Part shown: positions 48,243-57,004 of the stretch, one piece after another
How positions within the stretch are numbered: the first letter of the stretch is position 1
Layout: each line of letters begins with the position of its first letter
NCBI GenBank assembly: GCA_050246315.1
Contig: JBFWWG010000002.1
Location: 524,811 to 588,810 of the forward strand
DNA from: Nitrospiraceae bacterium
GTDB lineage: Bacteria > Nitrospirota > Nitrospiria > Nitrospirales > Nitrospiraceae
Direction: 5' to 3'
Length of the DNA: 64,000 nt
Notes under the pieces: model-generated
What the model was told of the DNA's origin: nothing
Databases searched by the model: none
Seen by the model: the letters and a program-made list of their open reading frames with translations, nothing else
Translations under genes and position numbers: made by a program

Positions 48243-49058
48243 ATGACGCGGAACTTGGCATTCTGGATGGCGATGACGATCATCAGCGGACTTGGAAGCA
48301 TCGTGACGACGGAAGAGCAGGCCCGCGCCGAGACCCTGACGGTGGGAGCCGCGCAAAGCTTACAAGCGGCTCTTCAGGAAATTGTGCCGATGTTCGAGAA
48401 AGAGTATGAAGCGACGGTACGCGTTGTGTACGGTCCGTCACAAACGCTTCGCCGCGAAATCGAGAAGGGCGCACCGATCGACGTATTCCTCCCTGCGGCG
48501 GTGGAGGAGGTCGAGAAACTGCACGCAAAGGGGCTGACTCTCAGCGGCGCACCGCGCGTCTACGCACAGACCTCGCTCGTCCTCGTGATGTCGGCGGCCT
48601 CCCGCGCCATCGCGGTCTCCTTGAACGATGCGTTGCCGAATCGAGCGACGCACCTCGCGATCGGTGATCCCCGCACCTCCTCGTTGGGAGTGGCCACGGC
48701 CAGAGCCCTTACCCAGCTTGATCCTGCGTACAAGACCCGCTTCAGCCTTCTCTATGCTCAACATAACGAGGATCTCGTGAATCTGGTTCATCTGGGGAAG
48801 GCGGACGTGGGCATCGTCTACCGCATCGATGCGATCAACAACGGACGACTGCGCATCATTGATGAAGCCCCGGTCGGAACGCATACGGCGGTCCGGTTCG
48901 GAGAGGCGGTGGTATCGACCTGTCGGCCGGCATCCGTGGACACCGCAAAAAAGTTTTCCGATTTCATGGTGAGTCCGCGCATACAAAAACTCTTGCTCAA
49001 GTATGGATTTGACCCCGTGCCTTCGAAAGAGGCGGAGATGAAAAACGGAAGTCACTGA
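48243..49058 (+). CDS. modA: ModA-family oxyanion-binding protein (paralog 2)
   Basis: LTVGAAQSL, YGPSQTL, GAPIDVF, GIVYRIDA, LKYGF motifs; AAGGAG RBS. Confidence 0.85.
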   Translation: MTRNLAFWMAMTIISGLGSIVTTEEQARAETLTVGAAQSLQAALQEIVPMFEKEYEATVRVVYGPSQTLRREIEKGAPIDVFLPAAVEEVEKLHAKGLTLSGAPRVYAQTSLVLVMSAASRAIAVSLNDALPNRATHLAIGDPRTSSLGVATARALTQLDPAYKTRFSLLYAQHNEDLVNLVHLGKADVGIVYRIDAINNGRLRIIDEAPVGTHTAVRFGEAVVSTCRPASVDTAKKFSDFMVSPRIQKLLLKYGFDPVPSKEAEMKNGSH

Positions 49059-49199
49059 GCATGGGCAGTGACGAAGAAACACCGAACTCCGACGTCTCTG
49101 AGGCCGAGTCCCGGCGCTCTCCACCATGATCTTCCAACCATCATCCTCAAAATGGTCGGATGCACCTTCATTCTCGGCGGGAACCGATCCGCGATGTCG

Positions 49200-50285
49200 T
49201 CAGCGCGAGATCAGGTGCACCGCGCCGGCCTTGATAGCGGCCTTCACATAGATGCCCGGTTGCAGTCCGAGGTCAAGCAAGGAAGAGCGGGTGACCAGGG
49301 CCGTCACGAGGAATCCACAATCGACCCGGACCTTGGCCAAGGCGCCGACCGATTGGATATCGGTGATGCACCCGAAAAGATGGTTTCTGGCGCTCGTCAC
49401 CCCCGACTCAGCCGGTTCCAACACCACATCCTCAGCCCTGATGCAGACATACACGTCCTGCGCGATGCCTTCCGAACCGACGGCGGCCAGCAGTAATCCA
49501 CCCACCTCCACGGTCACCAGGCCGTCAGCCTCCCCGATCACGCGTCCCTGCAGCACGGTTTCAACCCCGACCACCTGAGCCACCTCCGCATCCAACGGAC
49601 GGCTGAACACCTCCTGAGGTGTCCCGGTTTGCACGACGCGACCATGGTTGATGACAACCATGGTATCGCCGAGTTCCAAGGCTTCCGCCCAATCGTGCGT
49701 GACGACGAGTGTTGGAATTGCCAAGCGCTTGAGCAGTCCGCGCAATTCACCGCACAAACGGGCGCGTGTCGGCACATCCAATGCGGAGAGCGGCTCATCT
49801 AATAGCAACAGACGGGGCCGTCGCACAATCGCCCGGGCCAGGGCGACCCGTTGCTGCTGTCCGCCGGACAATTGGTTGGGACGGCGCTCGGCCAAGTCTT
49901 CGATGTGCATAAGGCGCAGTACATCAGTGATGCGTTGTACCCGTTCTGTCTTCGGGAGGTCGCCGAGGCCGAACGCGAGGTTCCCGGCCACGGTGCAATG
50001 GGGAAACAGCGCATAGTCCTGGGACATGTAGCCCAACGCACGTGCCTGCGGAGAACGGACAATACCGTCTCGGACGTCGAGCCACCGTTCGCCGTCGAAT
50101 CGAATCGTCCCTTCTTCCGGCCGCTCCAATCCGGCCAAGCATCTGAGCACCGTGGTTTTTCCGGACCCGGATGGACCAAACAGAATCGTCACCGATGGAG
50201 GGTCCAGTGGAACCCGGAGCCGAGCTTCTACCGTCAGCTTGCTGGGAAAGGTCTTCCGGAAATCGAGGCTTATTTCTGCGGCCAT
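49200..50285 (-). CDS. modC: Molybdate ABC transporter ATPase with C-terminal TOBE domains
   Basis: GPSGSGKT, LSGGQQQR, LLDEP motifs; TSARN...VTRSSLLDLGL TOBE domain. Confidence 0.93.
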   Translation of the reverse strand: MAAEISLDFRKTFPSKLTVEARLRVPLDPPSVTILFGPSGSGKTTVLRCLAGLERPEEGTIRFDGERWLDVRDGIVRSPQARALGYMSQDYALFPHCTVAGNLAFGLGDLPKTERVQRITDVLRLMHIEDLAERRPNQLSGGQQQRVALARAIVRRPRLLLLDEPLSALDVPTRARLCGELRGLLKRLAIPTLVVTHDWAEALELGDTMVVINHGRVVQTGTPQEVFSRPLDAEVAQVVGVETVLQGRVIGEADGLVTVEVGGLLLAAVGSEGIAQDVYVCIRAEDVVLEPAESGVTSARNHLFGCITDIQSVGALAKVRVDCGFLVTALVTRSSLLDLGLQPGIYVKAAIKAGAVHLISR

Positions 50286-50944
50286 GCCGCCCACATGGTG
50301 CGATTGAGGCCGTATACGCCGAGTAGTACGAGATACGAGATGGCCAGCAGGAGCGCGGACGTCTTGCCGGCAACCGCATAGTTCAAAGATTGGACTTCAT
50401 CATAGATTTCGATGGAGACCGTGCGCGTGACCCCTTCGATATTGCCGCCTACCATCAGCACCACCCCGAATTCTCCAAGCGTATGGGCGAAACTGAGCAC
50501 GAAGCCGGTAATGATCCCCGCAGCCGACAGGGGGATGATCAATTTCAGAAACGTGCCGAGCTTGGACACACCCAACGTCCAGGACATTTCGACCAAACGC
50601 CGATCGACCTGTTGAAAGGCCGAGGCAAACGGCTGCACGGCAAACGGCAAACTATACAAGACCGAGGCAATCAAGAGACCTTCGAACGTAAAGGGCAAGG
50701 GATGCCCCACGATCTCCGTGTACCAGCGGCCTACCGGACTGTGAGGGCCGATGGCGACCAGAACATAAAATCCGATGACGGTCGGCGGCAGCACCAACGG
50801 GAGGGCCACCACCGACTCGACCAATACCTTCCAGCGTTGCCGCGAATAGGTGAGCCAGTAGGCAATCGGCAGGCCGACCGCCAACAGAATCACGGCGGTC
50901 AGCAGCGCCAACTCAAGCGTGAGCAGAATCGCCGTCCAGTTCAC
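50270..50944 (-). CDS. modB: Molybdate ABC transporter permease
   Basis: LPLVLPPTVIGF, FAHTLGEFG motifs; GTG start after GGAGG. Confidence 0.94.
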   Translation of the reverse strand: MNWTAILLTLELALLTAVILLAVGLPIAYWLTYSRQRWKVLVESVVALPLVLPPTVIGFYVLVAIGPHSPVGRWYTEIVGHPLPFTFEGLLIASVLYSLPFAVQPFASAFQQVDRRLVEMSWTLGVSKLGTFLKLIIPLSAAGIITGFVLSFAHTLGEFGVVLMVGGNIEGVTRTVSIEIYDEVQSLNYAVAGKTSALLLAISYLVLLGVYGLNRTMWAAWPQK

Positions 50945-51028
50945 GTATGCGAGACCTCCTCCGTCGGCTGACGCGCCCGCCCCGGTGTATCCTGGCAAGC
51001 AGGCGCGTCGGAGCGCCCTCGGAAGACC

Positions 51029-51232
51029 TTATTTGCCGACCAGCACTTCGGTCGCCTTGATGGCGACGGTCACTTGATCATTGACCTTGAGTCCCATGCT
51101 TTTCACGGAGCCTTCCGTAATGGCGGCGACGAATTCCAGATTTCCCACCTTCACGGCTACTTCGGCCATGGCCTGACCCTCGGTAATTTTCGTGACCGTC
51201 CCCTGAAATTGATTGCGCGCGCTGAGCTTCAT
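51029..51232 (-). CDS. mop: Mop/TOBE molybdate-binding protein (molbindin)
   Basis: MKLSARNQFQG...IT..SV..MGL...IKATEV signature. Confidence 0.93.
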   Translation of the reverse strand: MKLSARNQFQGTVTKITEGQAMAEVAVKVGNLEFVAAITEGSVKSMGLKVNDQVTVAIKATEVLVGK

Positions 51233-51675
51233 CTATTCCCTCCTTGGTATTGGTGAATGAGTTGTGAACTGGACGATCCTCTCGCTCCCGCTCCTGATCT
51301 CGACCGCTCATCAATAGGGTCGTGAGCCCCACCTGAGGCAGCCTTGCATTCGAACTGTACGCCCCATTTCCGACCGATGCCTTCGTCCTCGGTGCCTTCC
51401 TTGGTACCGGAAACGCTCGTATACCCGCGCGCCTCCCCTTCTCGAATGACACGATAGCCGGCCGGGCATTTCCGCATCATGAGCGCATCGGCCTGCCTGC
51501 GGTAGGGAGACATCAGGTGCCCCCCGCGGTCCTCCTTGTAGGAATAGGAGACCAATCCTCCCGACGGCGTTTCCCGCACCATCTGAACCGCGTCTGAGCA
51601 GCCGGTAGCCGCGCCCCAGAGCCAGAGCAGCACCAGACCCTGACAGACCGGCGCGCTCGTCACCCGCCCGTTCAT
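51229..51675 (-). CDS. Small uncharacterised lipoprotein
   Basis: Lipobox ATGC; KCPAGYRVIREGE...W.VQFEC Cys pair. Confidence 0.7.
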   Translation of the reverse strand: MNGRVTSAPVCQGLVLLWLWGAATGCSDAVQMVRETPSGGLVSYSYKEDRGGHLMSPYRRQADALMMRKCPAGYRVIREGEARGYTSVSGTKEGTEDEGIGRKWGVQFECKAASGGAHDPIDERSRSGAGARGSSSSQLIHQYQGGNR

Positions 51676-51739
51676 GACATGCCGCTCCTCCAGACCATCG
51701 CATTCGTTGCACGTGACCATGCCACCGTACGCAAGCCGT

Positions 51740-52543
51740 TTACGATGGAAGGACGAAGCCGTAGCGTGTCATGATCGCCCGCCCTTCCTCCGTTTGGAGG
51801 AACGCGAGAAATGACTTGGCACGATCCTGATTCGACGAATTCTTAAGAATCACGACCCCATGTTCCAAGGCCGGGTGGGCGTCCGCTGGAATCTCCCAAT
51901 ATTTCCCTATCCTCTTCATCGTGGGAGTCATGGCCAGTGACAGCGCGATCAACCCGATATCCGAGGCACCGGATTCGATGAACTGTCCCGCCTGCGAAAT
52001 ATTCTCCCCGAACACCAACTTGCCCTTGACCCGATCGTGCACCTTGAAATGTTCCATGGCCGCGACGGCGGCACGGCCGTAGGGTGCATGTTTGGGATTC
52101 GCAATCGCGACCTTCTTGACCAAGGGATCGAGCAGGACGTCCATCCCCCGCTCCTCCACCGGAAGCGGAGATTTTGCCAAGGTCCAGAGCACGAGGCGAC
52201 CGACGGCATACTTGGACAGCGATCCGGGCACGGTCAGCTCCGCGTCCTCGAGCTTCTTCGGATAGGCCATATCGGCGGAGAAGAAGACATCGAACGGAGC
52301 CCCGTTCTGAATCTGCGAGTAGAAATTTCCGGATGAACCGAGCGTCAACTTGACCCGTTCACCGGTCTTCTTTTCATACTCGCCGACCAGCTCCTTGAAG
52401 GCGAAATTCAGACTTGATGCCGCGGCAATCGTCAGATCGCCGGCCTGCGCCGAGGAAGGACTTCCCAGCGCCGAAAGCAGCGCGATGACGATCAGCACGC
52501 GGCCGATATTCCAAATCGAACTCCTGTTCCCTGCCACCTTCAT
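51740..52543 (-). CDS. modA: Molybdate-binding protein ModA (canonical, paralog 3)
   Basis: AAASSL, GSSG, GAPFDVFFSAD, IANPKHAPYG, GENISQ motifs. Confidence 0.93.
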   Translation of the reverse strand: MKVAGNRSSIWNIGRVLIVIALLSALGSPSSAQAGDLTIAAASSLNFAFKELVGEYEKKTGERVKLTLGSSGNFYSQIQNGAPFDVFFSADMAYPKKLEDAELTVPGSLSKYAVGRLVLWTLAKSPLPVEERGMDVLLDPLVKKVAIANPKHAPYGRAAVAAMEHFKVHDRVKGKLVFGENISQAGQFIESGASDIGLIALSLAMTPTMKRIGKYWEIPADAHPALEHGVVILKNSSNQDRAKSFLAFLQTEEGRAIMTRYGFVLPS

Positions 52544-52688
52544 GAATTCCTCCATCTCACACTCGATCGTGAGCCGAACCCTATCACCGTCTTCACCCTT
52601 CACTCAACCATCCTTACGACGAGAGGTGATACCGTCAACCGCCCTGCTCCGCCGCACCTCGAGTGACTGGATCATGCTTTGCCGCCTG

Positions 52689-53363
52689 TCACGGACGCGC
52701 CGGCTGATCCTCCGGCTGCTGCGGCAATGGCGGATCGATCACCTGGATGCGAATGATGTTGGACACGTTCCGCGCGCCGGACTTGTCCCCTGGATTGATG
52801 ATTCTCGCAAACCCCGGAGCATCGAGCAGCACGCCGTCCTTCGCATACGCGACGATCACTTGATGTTGTCCTCCGATCGCCGGGACCAACTCCCCCATGG
52901 AGTAGGCTTGCTGATAACAATCGCTGCCCGTAATCAAGATGATCTTCCGGTTGACATCATTCCTGACCCCCGAGTTCAGCAATACTTCCGCCTGCTGAAG
53001 CAAATCATACAAGAGCACGCCGGTCCATTCACCCGTTTCAAACCCGGTCGGGCTTGCTCCCGATCGATAAAAGGCCCACACCGTCGTTTGGGTCGGCTGC
53101 CCTCGTAGTCTAGCCAGATCGAGGGTCATAGGGTTCTTCACCTTACCACCCAAGCGAAACTGCGTAGACGGCCCGCCCGGACAATTGAGGAAATGCTTCC
53201 GCTGTTCTTCCGGAGACAGATTAGCCGGAACCGGTTGATGGTCGTCGGCCGCCTCGACGCCATCCAACACCTGGGCCCGGCCCGGGGTCGGCCATTGTCC
53301 GAGAGAAAGGACCGCTCCCAGTAGAATGCCCAGCAGCACCGCTCGCGACGCACAATCCCTCAT
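52689..53363 (-). CDS. Exported molybdopterin-oxidoreductase-like (sulfite oxidase fold) domain protein
   Basis: Sec-type signal; GKVKNP..L, WTGVLL.DLL, GSDCY, VAYAKDG, ARII.PGD, RNV motifs. Confidence 0.75.
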   Translation of the reverse strand: MRDCASRAVLLGILLGAVLSLGQWPTPGRAQVLDGVEAADDHQPVPANLSPEEQRKHFLNCPGGPSTQFRLGGKVKNPMTLDLARLRGQPTQTTVWAFYRSGASPTGFETGEWTGVLLYDLLQQAEVLLNSGVRNDVNRKIILITGSDCYQQAYSMGELVPAIGGQHQVIVAYAKDGVLLDAPGFARIINPGDKSGARNVSNIIRIQVIDPPLPQQPEDQPARP

Positions 53364-53482
53364 CTCATCCCTCCTTGTAGGGAATGGTTGAAGAGTCCCA
53401 GACCGTCAGGACGACCCGGGATCGTTGGTGCAGCGGGCCGTCGCGTGGCCGACGACCCGCTGCCAGTCCAGGTGGCGGTCAT
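53360..53482 (-). CDS. Possible 40-aa linker/leader peptide crossing a strong hairpin
   Basis: GGGAGG RBS 5 nt before the ATG; TGA overlaps the next ATG (ATGA); hairpin 53430-53463 lies inside. Confidence 0.3.
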   Translation of the reverse strand: MTATWTGSGSSATRRPAAPTIPGRPDGLGLFNHSLQGGMR

Positions 53483-53509
53483 GGGGGCCTCCCTGGACAC
53501 CGAACGCCG

Positions 53510-54328
53510 TTAGCTTGACGCCTTCGTAATCGAGTGGCCGAGATGCAACAACCGGCACGGAACCGGAGCCATCGTGCGTTCAGCGCGCTTGATCCAGGCC
53601 TCCCAGGCGCCGACCTGGACATCGATCCGTTCGCCCGGCGCCCATTGAACCGACGAGCAGGGCGAGGGAGCAATCTGAGCTGAGATGGAGACCTCTCCGA
53701 GATCCAGCGATAACAACTGCCCTTCGGAGGTCTGCCGGATATCGGTCAATCGTGCCCGCAACCAGATGCGCGCATCACGATCGGCATGCCACGTCCAACG
53801 ACCACGGATGGAGTCATTCGATGGCTCAGGCCGTTCCACGTGCAGCGTCACACGGGAGGGATCCACCACCACATTGACCGTATCCCAAGTTTGCAAGCCG
53901 GCGGTCTGACTGCCCTGGGGCTGTACACTCTTCAAGATCACCTCGTCTCCATGAAGCTTGACAGTGACAACCGGGAGGCTGCCCTCTCGTTGAACCAGCA
54001 CCACGCGTCCGATCCATCGATTCCAGCGTCGCCGACCCCGGCGGAACAAACCAGCCTCCAGACAAACCGCCTCCGCTGGAATCCGAGCCGTGACCTTCTG
54101 GCCGGCCAGGAACGACAGGTCGCCTGAGGTCTGTTCCGTCCATCGCACCCGCAGGCGCGTGCGATGGCCCATGACCAATCGCACACTGAACCTGGTCAGC
54201 CCTCGATGAACCGCCTCAATCACCCCCGGAAGCAGGTTGTGCCCGCTCGATAGGACTACCTCGCCTCCCGGTGGACCTGAGACGGGTCCGTCCCTGTCAG
54301 GCAGCATCGGTTGCCTCATCCAGTCCAT
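53510..54328 (-). CDS. Protein with three degenerate tandem TOBE-like domains
   Basis: SGHNLLPGVI...GQKVTARI; RWNRWIGRV...WDTVNVVV; RIWLRARL...GERIDVQV; GGAGG RBS. Confidence 0.65.
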   Translation of the reverse strand: MDWMRQPMLPDRDGPVSGPPGGEVVLSSGHNLLPGVIEAVHRGLTRFSVRLVMGHRTRLRVRWTEQTSGDLSFLAGQKVTARIPAEAVCLEAGLFRRGRRRWNRWIGRVVLVQREGSLPVVTVKLHGDEVILKSVQPQGSQTAGLQTWDTVNVVVDPSRVTLHVERPEPSNDSIRGRWTWHADRDARIWLRARLTDIRQTSEGQLLSLDLGEVSISAQIAPSPCSSVQWAPGERIDVQVGAWEAWIKRAERTMAPVPCRLLHLGHSITKASS

Positions 54329-54393
54329 GGTCTGCCTCCCTTCAGTGGTCATGATGACGATGGCCGCCGGCATTCGGCCGGCCGGCATCGTGA

Positions 54394-56154
54394 TCAGAAG
54401 AATATTTGATACTGCACCCGAATCAGGTTCTCGATGAGCGTGCCTCCGCGGGCATCAAGGGGAACCGTCCCGGATTGAGGAGGAAGGGGTGCGCTGCGAC
54501 CGATCGCATAGCCGTCGGTGCCCATCGCGATGTTGCTGTAGGTCACCATGATCTGATGGTCGTAGGTGCCGTTCAGAAACCAGTTGAGCGAGAGGTCCAC
54601 CTGCTTGACCAGATCTCCGCCCGACCGAGTGTCGGGATCCCAATAGGCATAGCGGCCGGCGATCTCCAGATGACGAGGGATGACGTAGTAGCCGGTTTGC
54701 ACATACCATCCGGTCGCATTGCCGAGCAGCCCCGGAGCCGAGGCCAGACAGCCCGTGTTCGGATCGTTGTTCGCCACCGGCCGCATGCAGGGCAAGCCCT
54801 TCTCGTGCCTGGTGATGTTCTTAAAGTAGTATTCCGCCTGCAGCGAGAAGCCTCGATACTTGAACACGCCGTCGAGCCCCCAGGTGAGGTAGTCCACTAT
54901 CCCCCACCCGAGCTGACGGGCGTTGCCGTATGCGGCAATCTGCCTGCGAAAATTGAGATTGGCCAGGTCCGTGCCGATGTAGGAACTGTTGGAACTGGCA
55001 TTGACCGCCGGGTTATAGGCGATCCCGCCGCCCACGGCCATTTGAGGCGTCTCCGAATAAACGATGTCACCCTCTCCATATCCTGGGCGGCCCATGATGT
55101 TCCAATTCAAGCGCGCCGTGTACATCAGCTGGTTGACGTCGTTCCGTAGGTTGGCGTTGATGTTGCGTTGAGGACCCGGACAGCCGCTCGGCGAGGGCAA
55201 TGGATTCTGGCCGGTCGTGCCCCCCGGACAACCATCCGTCGGCTGCTCGCTGAAGAACCCGCCGAAGCGGTTGAAACTCGGTCCGGCCCCGTTGAAGATT
55301 CCCAAGTAATAATTGACCGGGTAAATTTCTTCATCGTTCATAATCGTGATGCCGATGTCCCGCCGATCCAGTCCGCTGGCCGTGAAGGCATCCATCACCA
55401 AGGCGCGCTCGGCGAACTGCATCGAGGCCGTCGAATTGATCTGCGCCCGGTTGGAGAAGACCTTGTACTGGCCGAACATGACGTTGAACAGCGGGTAGTG
55501 GGTGCTCTGGAAGGACAAGTCCAGGAGCCGGACCGATCCCGGGGTTTGGGAATTCTCCGCCGTCTCCCCGGAAAGCTGTATGAAGTATTTGAAGTCGGGA
55601 TTGAACAGGTGCCCCATGAAATAGAGTCGGGCGCGCCGCACATTGAACGAGGACCCTGTTTCATCCGACCGGTTGGCTCGATAGTCCCCGAACACGCCGA
55701 GCAGCTCTGGAAAATTCTTGGCATCCCCGGGATCTCGATAGGCGTCATTCCGAAAGCGCTGGGTAAAGCGTAACTGCGCGCGAAACCGGATTTTCAAGTA
55801 GAACGCGTTGTCGTTCATTGAAAAATTGAACCCGCGGTCGTACCAGCTCCTGGAACTGGGTGAAAGGAGATAGGACCGTTCTTCCGATTCTTTCTTGACC
55901 TTCTCGTATTCCTCCTCCGTGATGAGCCCGCTCTTCAGCGCCCTCTCCAATAGCAGCTTGGTGGCTGGATCGGTGCTTTCCACGAAGACATACTTGCCGT
56001 CCTTCTCGATCAACTTCCCCGCATCCGCGGCATGGGTCTCGGAACCGACGGCAAGTGCCACGGCTACGACAAACAGACCGAGACCAAGCCGTCGTCGTTC
56101 CCGAGGGAAAATCAGGCCGACCGGCCGATCGACCAATCGTGAGATCATCGTCAT
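54394..56154 (-). CDS. Outer-membrane porin, OprO/OprP-like (copy B)
   Basis: Signal peptide; GLITEEEYE; FNVRRARL; GQYKV; C-terminal VQYQIFF; paralog of 38030..39670. Confidence 0.82.
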   Translation of the reverse strand: MTMISRLVDRPVGLIFPRERRRLGLGLFVVAVALAVGSETHAADAGKLIEKDGKYVFVESTDPATKLLLERALKSGLITEEEYEKVKKESEERSYLLSPSSRSWYDRGFNFSMNDNAFYLKIRFRAQLRFTQRFRNDAYRDPGDAKNFPELLGVFGDYRANRSDETGSSFNVRRARLYFMGHLFNPDFKYFIQLSGETAENSQTPGSVRLLDLSFQSTHYPLFNVMFGQYKVFSNRAQINSTASMQFAERALVMDAFTASGLDRRDIGITIMNDEEIYPVNYYLGIFNGAGPSFNRFGGFFSEQPTDGCPGGTTGQNPLPSPSGCPGPQRNINANLRNDVNQLMYTARLNWNIMGRPGYGEGDIVYSETPQMAVGGGIAYNPAVNASSNSSYIGTDLANLNFRRQIAAYGNARQLGWGIVDYLTWGLDGVFKYRGFSLQAEYYFKNITRHEKGLPCMRPVANNDPNTGCLASAPGLLGNATGWYVQTGYYVIPRHLEIAGRYAYWDPDTRSGGDLVKQVDLSLNWFLNGTYDHQIMVTYSNIAMGTDGYAIGRSAPLPPQSGTVPLDARGGTLIENLIRVQYQIFF

Positions 56155-56208
56155 GTAAGCCTCTCCTGTGTTGGTCACACCATGGATGAGCTGGAGACCA
56201 ATGACTGC

Positions 56209-56910
56209 TTATTTGGTGGAACCAGGAGAGGACCTGGTCGCGCCCTGTCCTGCTTCCCCTGATTGGAGGAACTTGCGAAGCTCCACCGCTCGGATTTCTT
56301 TGGGGTCGGTGACCCAGAAACGTCCCGGGTCGAAATACAGGATGTAGTCCTTCGCCGGTGGAGGCGGCGTGGGATAGTTGCGGTAGTAGAGATCGGCCTT
56401 CCTGACCGGGACTTGGGTGTGATACTGCTCGACCGTGAGGTACAGGTACGGTTCCCTGACCGCTACCCAACCGGACAGCAGATCTCTTCCATACTCCGGA
56501 TTGTTGCCGGGGCCGAGCAGGGCGAAGTGCGCCCGTTCATCGGGTCCGATCCGTTGGAACGCTTCCACGAGATACGGAGCAACCAGCTCGATCTCGTCCT
56601 CTCGAAAGACCGGTATCGGAGGGGCCTCTTCGGTGAACCACCGCAGCGGCAGACGTTGCTGCACGCGCAAGGAAAATCCCTTCAACAACGCGGCGACTTC
56701 GTCCGACGTCAAGGTGACCGGGTGGGTGAAGGACGGTTCATCGATGGTTCGCTGGGCCGTCACCACGACTCGCGGCCCCTCGTAGATCGTCTGCGTGGTA
56801 TACGGAACCCGCGCACAGCCGGCCGCCGCGACGGCGATCATGGCCGCCGCCATCGCGAAGCGCGTCCTCGATCGAGGCATCTCATCCTGCGCAACCGTTC
56901 TCCTCTTCAT
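56209..56910 (-). CDS. Uncharacterised lipoprotein (copy B)
   Basis: Lipobox AAGC; HPVTLT..EV..LL.G, F...EI, GW.AVREP.LYL motifs shared with 40532..41266. Confidence 0.8.
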   Translation of the reverse strand: MKRRTVAQDEMPRSRTRFAMAAAMIAVAAAGCARVPYTTQTIYEGPRVVVTAQRTIDEPSFTHPVTLTSDEVAALLKGFSLRVQQRLPLRWFTEEAPPIPVFREDEIELVAPYLVEAFQRIGPDERAHFALLGPGNNPEYGRDLLSGWVAVREPYLYLTVEQYHTQVPVRKADLYYRNYPTPPPPAKDYILYFDPGRFWVTDPKEIRAVELRKFLQSGEAGQGATRSSPGSTK

Positions 56911-57004
56911 CGGTCCCCCTCATCTGTTCGAATGGTTGTCGTATTTAATAAAATAAAAGACTGTTATACTTGACACCCTAAGCACAAAAAATACGAGGCT
57001 CCGA

